Source: Candidatus Multivoradales bacterium (GTDB taxonomy: Bacteria; Acidobacteriota; Thermoanaerobaculia; Multivoradales; JAHEKO01). Taken from it: a stretch of DNA of 64,000 nt. A program made the position numbers and the translations under genes. The notes beneath the pieces are model-generated. The model saw nothing but the letters and a program-made list of their open reading frames with translations, was not told the DNA's origin and searched no databases. The stretch is from positions 2,336,001 through 2,400,000 of the forward strand of contig CBDFIJ010000004.1 in the NCBI GenBank assembly GCA_965248055.1, written 5' to 3'. Positions 49,158 through 58,542 of this stretch are shown here, piece after piece (position 1 is the stretch's first letter; every line of letters starts with the position of its first letter).

Positions 49158-49344
49158 TACAATCAACCACAGGGAAGAAAACAAACTCATCTTAAACCGC
49201 CCTCAAGGCTTCCCATCCTGTCGACCCAATTTCAAAAATCAAGACACAACCATGACGATCGGTTACGGCCGACGGTGATTTGCCGAATGAGCGCGAATCC
49301 ACTGCATAGGTCATGGACAATCAGAAAAAAAGGAAAACGAAGAA

Positions 49345-50112
49345 GTGAATGACGAAAGGAAGATCGCAGTATTTTGCGACTTTGAAAACATCGCTCTGGG
49401 AGTACGAGATTCCCAAATTGATAAATTTGACATCAAGTTGGTCCTCGAGCGGTTGCTAGAAAAAGGCAAGATCATCGTTAAGAAAGCCTATTGTGACTGG
49501 GGCGCTTACACTGCGTACAAAAAGGCGGTACACGAAGCGGCCATGGAGATGATCGAAATCCCTCAGAAGTACTATTCCGGGAAAAACAGTGCCGACATTA
49601 AGATGGTGGTGGACGCAATGGACTTATGCTCTTCCAAAGAGCATCTCGACACCTTCGTGATCATGTCCGGGGATAGTGATTTCTCGCCGTTGGTCTCCAA
49701 ACTCAAGGAGAACAACAAGTACGTGATCGGCGTTGGGGTCAAGGACGCGTCGTCGAAACTGCTGGTCGACAACTGCGACGAGTTCATTTTTTACGAAGAT
49801 ATTTGGCGTCAAACGCAGACCAAGAAGAAGACTCGCAGCCGCAAAAAGACCGGCAAGACCAAAGAGAGCGCAGAGGCGTTCGACATGATGCTGGACTCAA
49901 TCCAAGCGTTGCTACGGGAGAACAAGGATGTGCTGTGGGGGTCGATGATCAAGCAGACCATGCAGCGCAAGCATCCTTCCTTCAACGAGGGTTACTACGG
50001 GTATTCAACATTCTCCGAAATGCTGGAGGACGCGCAGAAACAGGGTTTGATTCAACTCAAAAAAGATCAACGGTCTGGAACTTACGTAGTGACAGAGTTC
50101 GCCGGGGAGTAG
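49345..50112 (+). CDS. NYN-domain (LabA/DUF88) protein with OST-HTH
   Basis: DFENI, GKNSADIKMVVDAMD, SGDSDFSPL, PSFNEGYYGYSTF. Confidence 0.92.
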   Translation: MNDERKIAVFCDFENIALGVRDSQIDKFDIKLVLERLLEKGKIIVKKAYCDWGAYTAYKKAVHEAAMEMIEIPQKYYSGKNSADIKMVVDAMDLCSSKEHLDTFVIMSGDSDFSPLVSKLKENNKYVIGVGVKDASSKLLVDNCDEFIFYEDIWRQTQTKKKTRSRKKTGKTKESAEAFDMMLDSIQALLRENKDVLWGSMIKQTMQRKHPSFNEGYYGYSTFSEMLEDAQKQGLIQLKKDQRSGTYVVTEFAGE

Positions 50113-50205
50113 CCTGGGGCCTTGTGATACGGTCCGCCGACTGGGAATCGGTGGCGGCTGGGCTTTTCCAGCCCACTTGGAGCAATTGGACCTTTTGATT
50201 TCTGG

Positions 50206-50889
50206 ATGGGAGCGAGAATGGCGAAGCGCTGGAAACGAGAAGATATTACCTACTTGAAGCGCTATGCGGCGCAGCGCACCCTGGGTGAGCTGTCGATTCG
50301 GTTCAAAACTGACGAAGAAACGGTCGAGGCCCAGTTGGTGAACTTGGGGGTAGCCGCGCGGGGCAGTGACCGCGCCCGCTACGTGGAAGACCCGGCGGTC
50401 GCTGAACTCGAAAAAGCGGTGCGGGCGCTGCACGCTGGAAAACTGGAACAAGCTAAGAAGAGCCTGGATATTGCTCTCAACTGTGAGTTATCCGAGGTCG
50501 CGGGTAAAGCCAAGCTTTATCTACGGCGCCTGGAAATGATGTCGAAAGCGGTACAGGTCGGCGATCCTTATTTGCAGGCGGTTTACGAAAAGAATAATGG
50601 CGAATTTGCCAATGCCTTGAGCGCGGCTAAGCGCGGAGGTCGTTGGGACAAAGAAGGTCGGTTTGCCTATTTGGGAGCGGCCGCCTTGATGGGACTGGGA
50701 GAGATCGAAGAAGCTGAACAGCGACTCCAGACCGCGGTCGATTTGGCGCCGGAGTTTGGCATCCAAGCCAAAGTGGACCCCGACTTCGCCGAGTTGTTCC
50801 CTGACGAGCCCGATGAAGATGAGGTTCCAGAAGACCAGGAAGACCCAGAAACCGTGGAGATCGTCGACGAGCCTTCGTCGGAGGACTAA
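50206..50889 (+). CDS. Hypothetical protein: HTH-like N-terminus, TPR-like helices and acidic tail
   Basis: KRWKREDITYLKRY; A...DPDF motif. Confidence 0.7.
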   Translation: MGARMAKRWKREDITYLKRYAAQRTLGELSIRFKTDEETVEAQLVNLGVAARGSDRARYVEDPAVAELEKAVRALHAGKLEQAKKSLDIALNCELSEVAGKAKLYLRRLEMMSKAVQVGDPYLQAVYEKNNGEFANALSAAKRGGRWDKEGRFAYLGAAALMGLGEIEEAEQRLQTAVDLAPEFGIQAKVDPDFAELFPDEPDEDEVPEDQEDPETVEIVDEPSSED

Positions 50890-50919
50890 CGAAAGGGTTG
50901 ACCGAGTTGCCCAGCGAGG

Positions 50920-51957
50920 GTGTCTCGCGGACCTGAGAGATCGGTCATGACCGCTGATCACGGCGGAATCCAGCAGAAATCAACCAGCCAAAGGGCACCA
51001 CAGTCGATCCGAGTGGTGGTGATCGGCGGTGGCAGTGGCTTGTCGGTGGTCTTGCGTGGGCTCAAACACCATGTCGGCGAGCAGGTCGCAGACCTGACCG
51101 CGGTGGTCACGGTCTCCGATGACGGAGGGTCTTCAGGTCGCCTGCGCCGTGACCTTGGCGTTCTGCCGCCAGGGGATATACGTAACTGCATCGTCGCTCT
51201 GGCAGACGACGAAGCCCTACTCTCTCGATTATTTCAATATCGATTTCCCGGCGACGGTGGACTAGGTGGCCATTCGTTTGGCAACCTGCTCTTGACCGCG
51301 CTGGCTGGGGTCACCGGAGACTTCGCCCACGCGATTGCCACTGCTGAATCGATTCTTTCGGTACGCGGACATATCTTGCCGGCGACGCTGGAACAGGTGC
51401 ATCTGCGAGGTCTGGGCCGCTCGGGCAAGTCGTACGTTGGCGAATCCGCGGTGGGCGCTTCCGCAGAGCCCTTGGTCGAGGTCACCTTGGAGCCGGCAAA
51501 CACCGCTGCCTATCGACCGGCTGTTGAAGCGATCCTGGCCGCCGACCTGGTGGTTTTGGGGCCCGGGTCGCTCTACACCTCAGTGCTCGCCAATCTACTG
51601 ATTCCGGGGATCTGCGCTGCGGTCAACGCCACTGCGGCGAAGGTGGTGTTGCCGCTTAACTTGATGACCCAACCCGGCGAGACTGATGGTTTAGACGGCG
51701 ACCACCACCTCCGGGCAGTTGCTGAGACCCTCGCTCCGGGTGTTTTGGATGCTGTCTTGGTTGCCGATCATCAGCCAACAGAGGAGCAATTGCAGGCATA
51801 TACTGCCCTGGGTGCAATGCCGGTGACCGTCGATCAAGCAGTTGCAACCCATTTTGGTGCCTCGGTTTTGCCACGCGATCTCCTCGATGATGGCGTCCTG
51901 ATTCGCCACCATCCGGACAAGCTGGGTCGCGCCCTGATCGAATTAGCGAGTTTGTGA
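50920..51957 (+). CDS. yvcK: YvcK/GlmR (CofD-like) UDP-GlcNAc-binding protein
   Basis: IGGGSGL, SDDGGSSGRLR, PPGDIRN, GHSFGNL, GPGSLYTS, RHHPDKL. Confidence 0.92.
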   Translation: MSRGPERSVMTADHGGIQQKSTSQRAPQSIRVVVIGGGSGLSVVLRGLKHHVGEQVADLTAVVTVSDDGGSSGRLRRDLGVLPPGDIRNCIVALADDEALLSRLFQYRFPGDGGLGGHSFGNLLLTALAGVTGDFAHAIATAESILSVRGHILPATLEQVHLRGLGRSGKSYVGESAVGASAEPLVEVTLEPANTAAYRPAVEAILAADLVVLGPGSLYTSVLANLLIPGICAAVNATAAKVVLPLNLMTQPGETDGLDGDHHLRAVAETLAPGVLDAVLVADHQPTEEQLQAYTALGAMPVTVDQAVATHFGASVLPRDLLDDGVLIRHHPDKLGRALIELASL

Positions 51958-53432
51958 AGTCGACAGCAGAGGAGCTTTTGAGTCAGACCACCTTCCAAGA
52001 CCGAGCCGTAGGAGTGATCCTGGCGGCGGGCAAGGGAACGCGGATGCGTTCTTCGTTGCCCAAGGTGTTGCACCAAGTTGCCGGGGTGCCGATCTTGGCG
52101 CATGTTGCCGAGCGCGCGGTTGAAGCTGGGTGCATACGGTTGCTGATCATTGTCGGCCACGGTGGAGAAGCTGTACGGGAAGCAGCTCAGGGACTCTTGC
52201 CCGAGGGCATCGAGGCCGACTGGGTTGAGCAGAAAGAGCAGTTGGGAACCGGCCATGCGGTGCAGCAAATTGCCGGTCACGTGGATGATCGAGACCATCT
52301 GTTGATTCTCTCGGGGGATGCTCCTTTGATCGAGGTCGAAAGTCTGCAGTCTCTGCTTGGAGCTGAGACCGCAGCCATGGCGGCAGCCGAAGTAAACCCG
52401 CCTGGCAGTCTGGGTAGAGTGGTTCAAAGAGCCGATGGGCGGTTGAATCGTATCGTCGAGGCCGCGGATGCCGATGCCGACGAGTTGGCCATCTCTACGG
52501 TCAACGCTGGTTTCTACGCCCTACCAGCGGGGCCGCTGCTGGCAGCCCTGGCGACCTTGGGAACCGACAACCAACAGGGTGAGATCTACCTGACCGACGC
52601 TGTCGGCGTGCTTGCAGATGACCTGGGAGTTGAAGTTCATACGCTGGCCGACAGCAGCGAAGCATGGGGGATCAACGACCGGCGTGATTTGGCGTCGGTC
52701 GACCGGCGCTGGATCGAGCGCCGGCTGGACGCCTTGATGCAAGCTGGAGTTACTGTCTATGACCCGCCTTCAGTGCGGATCGAGGCGCGGGTCGAAGTTG
52801 GTGCCGACAGTGTGTTGCATCGCGGCGTGGTGCTCACAGGTAACACCACGATCGGTCAAAACTGCGAGGTCGGCGTGGGCTGCGTGGTACATAACACCGA
52901 GCTGGCTGACGGGGCTTCGCTGGGTCCCTACACGGTGACCGATGGCGCTGTGTTGCTGGCTGGTGCTCATGCAGGTCCGTTTGCCCGTTTGCGTCCAGGT
53001 GCGGTGTTGGGCGATGGGGCAAAAGTGGGCAACTTTGTCGAGGTCAAGAACTCGAAGTTGGGCGTAGGGGTAAAGGCGGGTCACTTGGCTTATCTCGGTG
53101 ACGCTGAGATCGGTGCCAACGCCAATATCGGGGCGGGCACCGTGACTTGCAACTACGACGGGGTGAAGAAATCCAAGACCACCATAGGCGAGGGCGCCTT
53201 TATTGGCAGCGACACCATGTTGGTGGCCCCGGTTGAGGTGGGACCGGGGGCGATTACCGGCGCTGGATCGACCATCACTCACGACGTGCCCGAGGACGCC
53301 TTGGCGGTCGAGCGATCGGATCAGAGGACGATCGACGGTTGGGCGCGGCGTCGTCGAAGCCAGGACCGTCAAAGCAAGGGTAGTCGAGACCACGGCCATG
53401 GAATCAAAGACGACAAAAGGAAAAACGACTGA
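51954..53432 (+). CDS. glmU: Bifunctional UDP-GlcNAc pyrophosphorylase/acetyltransferase
   Basis: LAAGKGTRMRS, QLGTGHAV, GEIYLTD, GNFVEVK, TCNYDG. Confidence 0.97.
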   Translation: MKSTAEELLSQTTFQDRAVGVILAAGKGTRMRSSLPKVLHQVAGVPILAHVAERAVEAGCIRLLIIVGHGGEAVREAAQGLLPEGIEADWVEQKEQLGTGHAVQQIAGHVDDRDHLLILSGDAPLIEVESLQSLLGAETAAMAAAEVNPPGSLGRVVQRADGRLNRIVEAADADADELAISTVNAGFYALPAGPLLAALATLGTDNQQGEIYLTDAVGVLADDLGVEVHTLADSSEAWGINDRRDLASVDRRWIERRLDALMQAGVTVYDPPSVRIEARVEVGADSVLHRGVVLTGNTTIGQNCEVGVGCVVHNTELADGASLGPYTVTDGAVLLAGAHAGPFARLRPGAVLGDGAKVGNFVEVKNSKLGVGVKAGHLAYLGDAEIGANANIGAGTVTCNYDGVKKSKTTIGEGAFIGSDTMLVAPVEVGPGAITGAGSTITHDVPEDALAVERSDQRTIDGWARRRRSQDRQSKGSRDHGHGIKDDKRKND

Positions 53433-55249
53433 TGTGTGGAATTGTTGGATATCTGGGCGATCGCGAGGTAGTGCCGTTGTTGGTCGATGGCCTGTCGAAG
53501 CTTGAATATCGTGGCTACGACTCAGCAGGCGTGGTGGTCGCTAGCAATGGAGATCTACGCACCGCCAAGGCTGAAGGAAAATTGGCCAACCTTCGAACCA
53601 AGCTCGAGAGTGCCACCTTTGAGGGCAGCTACGGTCTGGGCCACACTCGCTGGGCGACCCACGGAGCGCCGTCAGAGCGTAACGCCCATCCGGTCACCGA
53701 CTCCAAGCGTCGGGTGGCGTTGATCCACAATGGCATTATTGAAAACTTTGTCGAGCTCAAGAATCGACTGAGTGGTGACGGTTGGGGATTTAGTACCGAT
53801 ACCGACACTGAGGTGGTCGCCAACCTGATTTCTTCCTATCTAGAGGAGGACCTTCTGGCCGCCGTGCGCCGCGCCGTTGCCGACTTGGAAGGGATGTACG
53901 CCTTCGCCGTGATCGCCACTGGCAGCGAAGAAATTGTCGCTGCCCGCAGCGGTCCGCCGTTGGTACTTGGCTTGGGCGAAGGCGAGCAGTTCTTGGCTTC
54001 CGATCCTGCGGCTTTGCTCGCCCACACCCGAGACGTGATTTTTCTTGAGGATGGCGAGATCGCCCGCCTGACCCGAGAAGCGATCTCGATCAGCGATCGC
54101 GACGGGCAGCCGGTTGAGCGCCAGCCGCAACGACTGCTGTGGGATCCGGTGCAGATCGAGAAGGGTGGCTATCGCCACTTCATGCTCAAAGAGATCCACG
54201 AGCAACCACAAGCAGTGCAAGACACGTTGGGCGGACGATTGGACTTTGAAACCGGCGAAGTCACCCTGGACGATGTGGAACTGACCGCTGCCGATATCGC
54301 GGCTATCGAGCGAGTACAAATCGTCGCCTGCGGAACCTCTTGGCACGCCGGGCAGGTGGGTAAATTCTTAGTCGAAGGCCTAGCTGGAATCCCCACCGCT
54401 GTCGACTACGGTTCGGAATACCGCTACCGAGACCCGATTACCGGGCCTAACACGCTGACGGTGGGCATCTCGCAGTCCGGAGAAACCGCGGACACCCTGT
54501 CGGCGATGTCTGCCGGACGCGACAAAGGCTCCAGACTCTTGGCGATCTGCAACGTATTGGGCAGTCAAGCGACACGGATCTCCGACGGGGTCATTTACAC
54601 CCACGCAGGGCCAGAAATCGGTGTTGCTTCGACCAAGGCGTTTACCACCCAACTGATCGCTCTCTATCTCTTGGCTTTGAAGTTGGCGCAACTGCGCGAC
54701 CGCGAACTTCCCAGCGCCTGGCTCGATGCCACCGCGCACTTACCCCAGGCACTGCAAGAAGTGATGGAGTTGAAAGGCGAGATCGAGATTTTGGCGCACA
54801 AATACTCCCGCGCCGAGAACTTTCTCTACCTGGGCCGGGGCATCAACTACCCGATCGCGCTGGAAGGGGCGCTCAAGCTCAAAGAGATCTCTTATATTCA
54901 TGCCGAGGGCTACCCGGCTGGAGAAATGAAGCACGGGCCGATTGCTCTAATCGACGAAGAACTGCCGGTGGTCGCCGTCGCCACTGGCGATCGGGTGTTC
55001 GACAAAGTGATGTCCAACGTCCAAGAAGTCAAAGCTCGCGGCGGCATTGCCATCGTCTTGACCGACCGCCGAGCGGAAGAGGTCCAATCGATCGCCGATG
55101 AGGTGGTCCTGGTGCCCAAGGTCGATGAATGGCTGCAGCCAATCGTCAACGTCATACCGCTGCAGCTTCTGGCCTACTTCATTGGTGTGCGTCGAGGCGC
55201 TGACGTGGATCAACCCAGGAACCTCGCCAAGAGCGTGACCGTGGAGTGA
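53432..55249 (+). CDS. glmS: Glutamine--fructose-6-phosphate aminotransferase
   Basis: MCGIVG, GHTRWATHG, PRNLAKSVTVE. Confidence 0.98.
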   Translation: MCGIVGYLGDREVVPLLVDGLSKLEYRGYDSAGVVVASNGDLRTAKAEGKLANLRTKLESATFEGSYGLGHTRWATHGAPSERNAHPVTDSKRRVALIHNGIIENFVELKNRLSGDGWGFSTDTDTEVVANLISSYLEEDLLAAVRRAVADLEGMYAFAVIATGSEEIVAARSGPPLVLGLGEGEQFLASDPAALLAHTRDVIFLEDGEIARLTREAISISDRDGQPVERQPQRLLWDPVQIEKGGYRHFMLKEIHEQPQAVQDTLGGRLDFETGEVTLDDVELTAADIAAIERVQIVACGTSWHAGQVGKFLVEGLAGIPTAVDYGSEYRYRDPITGPNTLTVGISQSGETADTLSAMSAGRDKGSRLLAICNVLGSQATRISDGVIYTHAGPEIGVASTKAFTTQLIALYLLALKLAQLRDRELPSAWLDATAHLPQALQEVMELKGEIEILAHKYSRAENFLYLGRGINYPIALEGALKLKEISYIHAEGYPAGEMKHGPIALIDEELPVVAVATGDRVFDKVMSNVQEVKARGGIAIVLTDRRAEEVQSIADEVVLVPKVDEWLQPIVNVIPLQLLAYFIGVRRGADVDQPRNLAKSVTVE

Positions 55250-55315
55250 CATCAGCCGACTGTCTAGACGTGCGGGCCAAGACTTGGTCAATGCGCCTGT
55301 CCTTACGACAGGTCC

Positions 55316-56053
55316 TCAGTACGGACTCGGTGCCAAAGCAGGATCGATCAGCGATAGATAGCGCTCAGCGCAATGGCCGCAGCAACCCTCGGTGGCAAGC
55401 CATCCAGGAAAATCGCGTCTAATCGAGGGAGTGATTTCAGCTACGAGGTCGTGAGCGGCCCAGTCGGTGGTAGGGAAGCGGCACAACGGGCAACGAGTAT
55501 TGGTCTTGGCTTCGTCGACTTGACGATCAGCGGAAGCTCCAAGGTTGGCGACATTTGGTGAGCGCACCCGGTCAGCCGCTTGTTGCAAACTGGCGAGTAA
55601 CCGTTTGCCGAGCTCCACAGGAAGGCTAAGGTCACATGGCCGCGCAGCGATCACCAGATAAGCTGGGATGCCTTGGCCTTGCCGTTCACGGTTCTCCCAT
55701 AGCTCGGCGCCTTCATCCTCCCGATTGCCTACGGATCGAACCAGAATGTACTCCAGGTCGGTCGATAGGCAGGGAAAGGCGTCGAGCCACGCCGCCAGCA
55801 CCTGATCGAGTTCGAGCGCGCGGAAGAGTTGCCAATAGTGTTCGCGGAAGGCGGACTCTCGATCCTCGCCGTGCGGTAGTAGGTAGAGGTCGTCCAGACG
55901 ATTCCGGTTCTGGTGGCGCAGCCGAAGCAGTCGCGCGCCGGGTAAAGTGGAGGGACCGTTGTCCAAGGCGAAGCGAACGGCCTCCTCGACCAACGGAGGT
56001 TCGTATTCTACGGTCGCTCGAGCGGCTGGCGCGGGAAGGGTATCTTGGGTCAT
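55316..56053 (-). CDS. Hypothetical protein with C-terminal Cys cluster, last gene of the NXR-like operon
   Basis: CPLCRFPT...CCGHC; ATGA overlap with the chaperone gene. Confidence 0.75.
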   Translation of the reverse strand: MTQDTLPAPAARATVEYEPPLVEEAVRFALDNGPSTLPGARLLRLRHQNRNRLDDLYLLPHGEDRESAFREHYWQLFRALELDQVLAAWLDAFPCLSTDLEYILVRSVGNREDEGAELWENRERQGQGIPAYLVIAARPCDLSLPVELGKRLLASLQQAADRVRSPNVANLGASADRQVDEAKTNTRCPLCRFPTTDWAAHDLVAEITPSIRRDFPGWLATEGCCGHCAERYLSLIDPALAPSPY

Positions 56054-56853
56054 CGGCAGACGGGGAAGACGCTTTCGTGTGGTGCCACAGGTTCACCGTC
56101 TCCGCCAACCCCACACGAAAAACAAGCCCCCTCGGGTTCCGCCCCACTGACCTGGGGGGAGGGGAGCTCGGTGAAAGGGGCAATCTCCATGACCGCGCGC
56201 TCGGCGGCGACGAAGGCGCGCGCGAAAGCTGCCAGAGTGCGGTAGAAACTGGCATCGGTACGGGCTTCAAGTTGCACACCAAAAGACGGTAGCCACCAGC
56301 CCAGATGATCAATAAAGAAGCGCCGTTGCGCTTGCCTGCAGACGCCAACCTGTTCCTTTCCCAAGCCTTGCTCGGCGGCGTAGAGTTGCCGTGCGATAAC
56401 GATCTCCATGAATTCCGCCTCCAAGGAGAGGAAATCAATGCGCTCGCGGGCATTGGCACGGCGGTCGAGACCGAAGCCACGGTAGAAGCCGGCGACGTCG
56501 GCGAGTCTTTGCGAACGGAAGGTAATGTCGCTGTTAGTGTAGTACTCGTTCTCGTACGGTGGACAATCCTTGCTGATGGTATGGCCGAAGACCTGCAAGT
56601 AGTCTTCGGCAAGGTCATCGTCATTTGGAAATAAGTGATCAGCCGATAGCAGCGAAGGGTGCAGCTCCCCAGGTCCCAGGAGCTCCGGGTGAAAGCGTGG
56701 ATCGTCTCGCAGCCAGTTGACGGCAGCGTTGATCACAGCACGAAAATCGGGATCAGAGAGCGCTGCGAATCGCTGGTCCGAGGGCGGCAGTGGCGCCAAG
56801 CTGAGGTATCGGTAGAGGTTGGCCCGAGCCAGATCAAGAGTCGTATCGTTCAA
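56050..56853 (-). CDS. TorD/DmsD-family molybdoenzyme chaperone
   Basis: CPPYENEY, LADVAGFYRGFG, ERIDFLSLEAEFM, FFIDHLGWW. Confidence 0.88.
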   Translation of the reverse strand: MNDTTLDLARANLYRYLSLAPLPPSDQRFAALSDPDFRAVINAAVNWLRDDPRFHPELLGPGELHPSLLSADHLFPNDDDLAEDYLQVFGHTISKDCPPYENEYYTNSDITFRSQRLADVAGFYRGFGLDRRANARERIDFLSLEAEFMEIVIARQLYAAEQGLGKEQVGVCRQAQRRFFIDHLGWWLPSFGVQLEARTDASFYRTLAAFARAFVAAERAVMEIAPFTELPSPQVSGAEPEGACFSCGVGGDGEPVAPHESVFPVCR

Positions 56854-56867
56854 TCCATGGCTCCTGC

Positions 56868-58157
56868 TTAGATCGAATTGGGGTGCTGTCCGGGGCGCTC
56901 GAAAGTGGGTTCCTCAACGGTGGTCCGCACCACCTCTTTGCCCGAGCGGCCGTATCCGATGACGGTGTCGTTGAAGATCTCCAGGGTCTTCTTGCTCCCT
57001 GAAGGGAGCGTGACCTCCCGCTCGTGAATCTTCGGTCCTTCGACGATCTGGTAGCGGAAAATAATCGGTCGTGTGGCGCGGAATAGTTGCAGCACTGCCA
57101 GCAGCTTGCGCGACGGGCACACGTAACGCTCGATGGCCTGTTCGACTCCGGGGCCGAACATCTGTTCCAGATAAGGGCGCGGGACCCAGCGGGGAGGAAT
57201 GTAGAAGCCGTTGGGTTCGGTGCCAAATTGAGGATACAAAGGTAGAGCCACCTCCTCCTCGCGGATCAGCAAGTGAAGGGGGTTTGCAGTGTCCTCGACC
57301 CATGCCCCCTCTTTGCTGGTCTTGACCATCCCTTGCAGGCGAATCTTGCCGACGCAAGAACTCATGCAACGGGTCTCGATCGGCTCGCCATCGGGAGTGA
57401 TTTCGGCATCACGACCCTCAAGGCGGGGGTAGCAGGCGATACATTTTTCACTGGTGCGTGTGGTCGGCCGATACAGCGATTTCTTGTAAGGACAGGCTTC
57501 CACACACTTGCGATAACCGCGGCAACGCTTTTGGTCGATCAGTACCACGCCGTCTTCGGGGCGCTTGTAAATGGCGCCGCGCGGGCATGCCGCCAAGCAT
57601 CCAGGGTAGGTGCAGTGGTTACAGATACGCTGTAGGTAGAAGAACCAAAGGTCATGCTGCGGCAGGCTAGCGGTTTTGCCGTATTCGCCCGGCTTCCAGT
57701 CGGGGCCGGTGGCTGTGTCTTCGCCTCTATTGGGGGCACTCCACTCGTCGTCGCTTGGCAAGTACCCGAGGACACGGCTTTGAGGGCTAGATTCAATAGG
57801 GTGCTTGGCTTCGAATATGGTTTTACCGGAGAACACTCCGTAGGGTGCCTCATGGTCGTCTTCGGACGATCCGGACTGCCAGCTTTGCCCGCCAGGGTTG
57901 GCTTGTTCGAGCAGCCCCAGAGTCTTGACGTCCCAGGCTCGCGGATAGCTACCGTAAGGTTTGGTCTCGACGTTGTTCCACCACATCTGCTCCTGGCCTT
58001 GCGAGAAGGTCCAGGTCGACTTGCAAGCCATGGTGCAGGTCTGGCAACCGATGCAGCGGTTGATATTGAAAACAAAAGCGAACTGCCACTCCGGGTGTGA
58101 CTCGTCGTATGGATACTCCATTTCCCGACCGAGCTGCCAGTTGTAGACATTGCTCAT
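56868..58157 (-). CDS. nxrB: Nitrite oxidoreductase/nitrate reductase beta (Fe-S) subunit
   Basis: VYNWQLGR...FVFNINRCIGCQTCTMACKSTW...WWNNVETKPYG; RICNHCTYPGCLAACP; CRGYRKCVEACPY; YPQFGTEPN. Confidence 0.9.
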   Translation of the reverse strand: MSNVYNWQLGREMEYPYDESHPEWQFAFVFNINRCIGCQTCTMACKSTWTFSQGQEQMWWNNVETKPYGSYPRAWDVKTLGLLEQANPGGQSWQSGSSEDDHEAPYGVFSGKTIFEAKHPIESSPQSRVLGYLPSDDEWSAPNRGEDTATGPDWKPGEYGKTASLPQHDLWFFYLQRICNHCTYPGCLAACPRGAIYKRPEDGVVLIDQKRCRGYRKCVEACPYKKSLYRPTTRTSEKCIACYPRLEGRDAEITPDGEPIETRCMSSCVGKIRLQGMVKTSKEGAWVEDTANPLHLLIREEEVALPLYPQFGTEPNGFYIPPRWVPRPYLEQMFGPGVEQAIERYVCPSRKLLAVLQLFRATRPIIFRYQIVEGPKIHEREVTLPSGSKKTLEIFNDTVIGYGRSGKEVVRTTVEEPTFERPGQHPNSI

Positions 58158-58537
58158 GGCTGTTGATCCTCTCTGAGGCTCCGAGATTGTCCGATTTGCA
58201 CCAGATTCGATCGCTCGTGGGTGGACTCGGTGTCGTGTTCCACGACGCGAAACACGCCGCATTCGCCGATCACGGCGGCGATCGTGGCTCGTACGGCTTG
58301 CTCGCCTAGGTGCAAGTAGGTGGGGTGGATTGCCGCGTATCGGGGCTGACGAAAGAGCTCCAAGATCTGCTCGGGGCCGTAGCCCACGGCGGCATATTCC
58401 TCAATGAAGCAGCGCATAAGTTGGTTGACATCGGCTCCGGGCACCTTGCTACCGACCAGAGTCATCGGGTCGCTCGACTCGGTCTGCTTGTTGGAGCCGT
58501 GGGGGGCCACTAGCGCTGGGATTGGTTTCTTATCCAT
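58154..58537 (-). CDS. Hypothetical protein between the alpha and beta subunits
   Basis: 127 aa ORF; ATGA overlap with nxrB; starts 5 bp after the alpha stop. Confidence 0.75.
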   Translation of the reverse strand: MDKKPIPALVAPHGSNKQTESSDPMTLVGSKVPGADVNQLMRCFIEEYAAVGYGPEQILELFRQPRYAAIHPTYLHLGEQAVRATIAAVIGECGVFRVVEHDTESTHERSNLVQIGQSRSLREDQQP

Positions 58538-58542
58538 TGCCC

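Noticed and set aside
55250-55315. Tn7 insertion at glmS delivering the NXR operon
   Set aside because: The position is suggestive, but no Tn7 end, TnsB-site repeats or tns genes are visible
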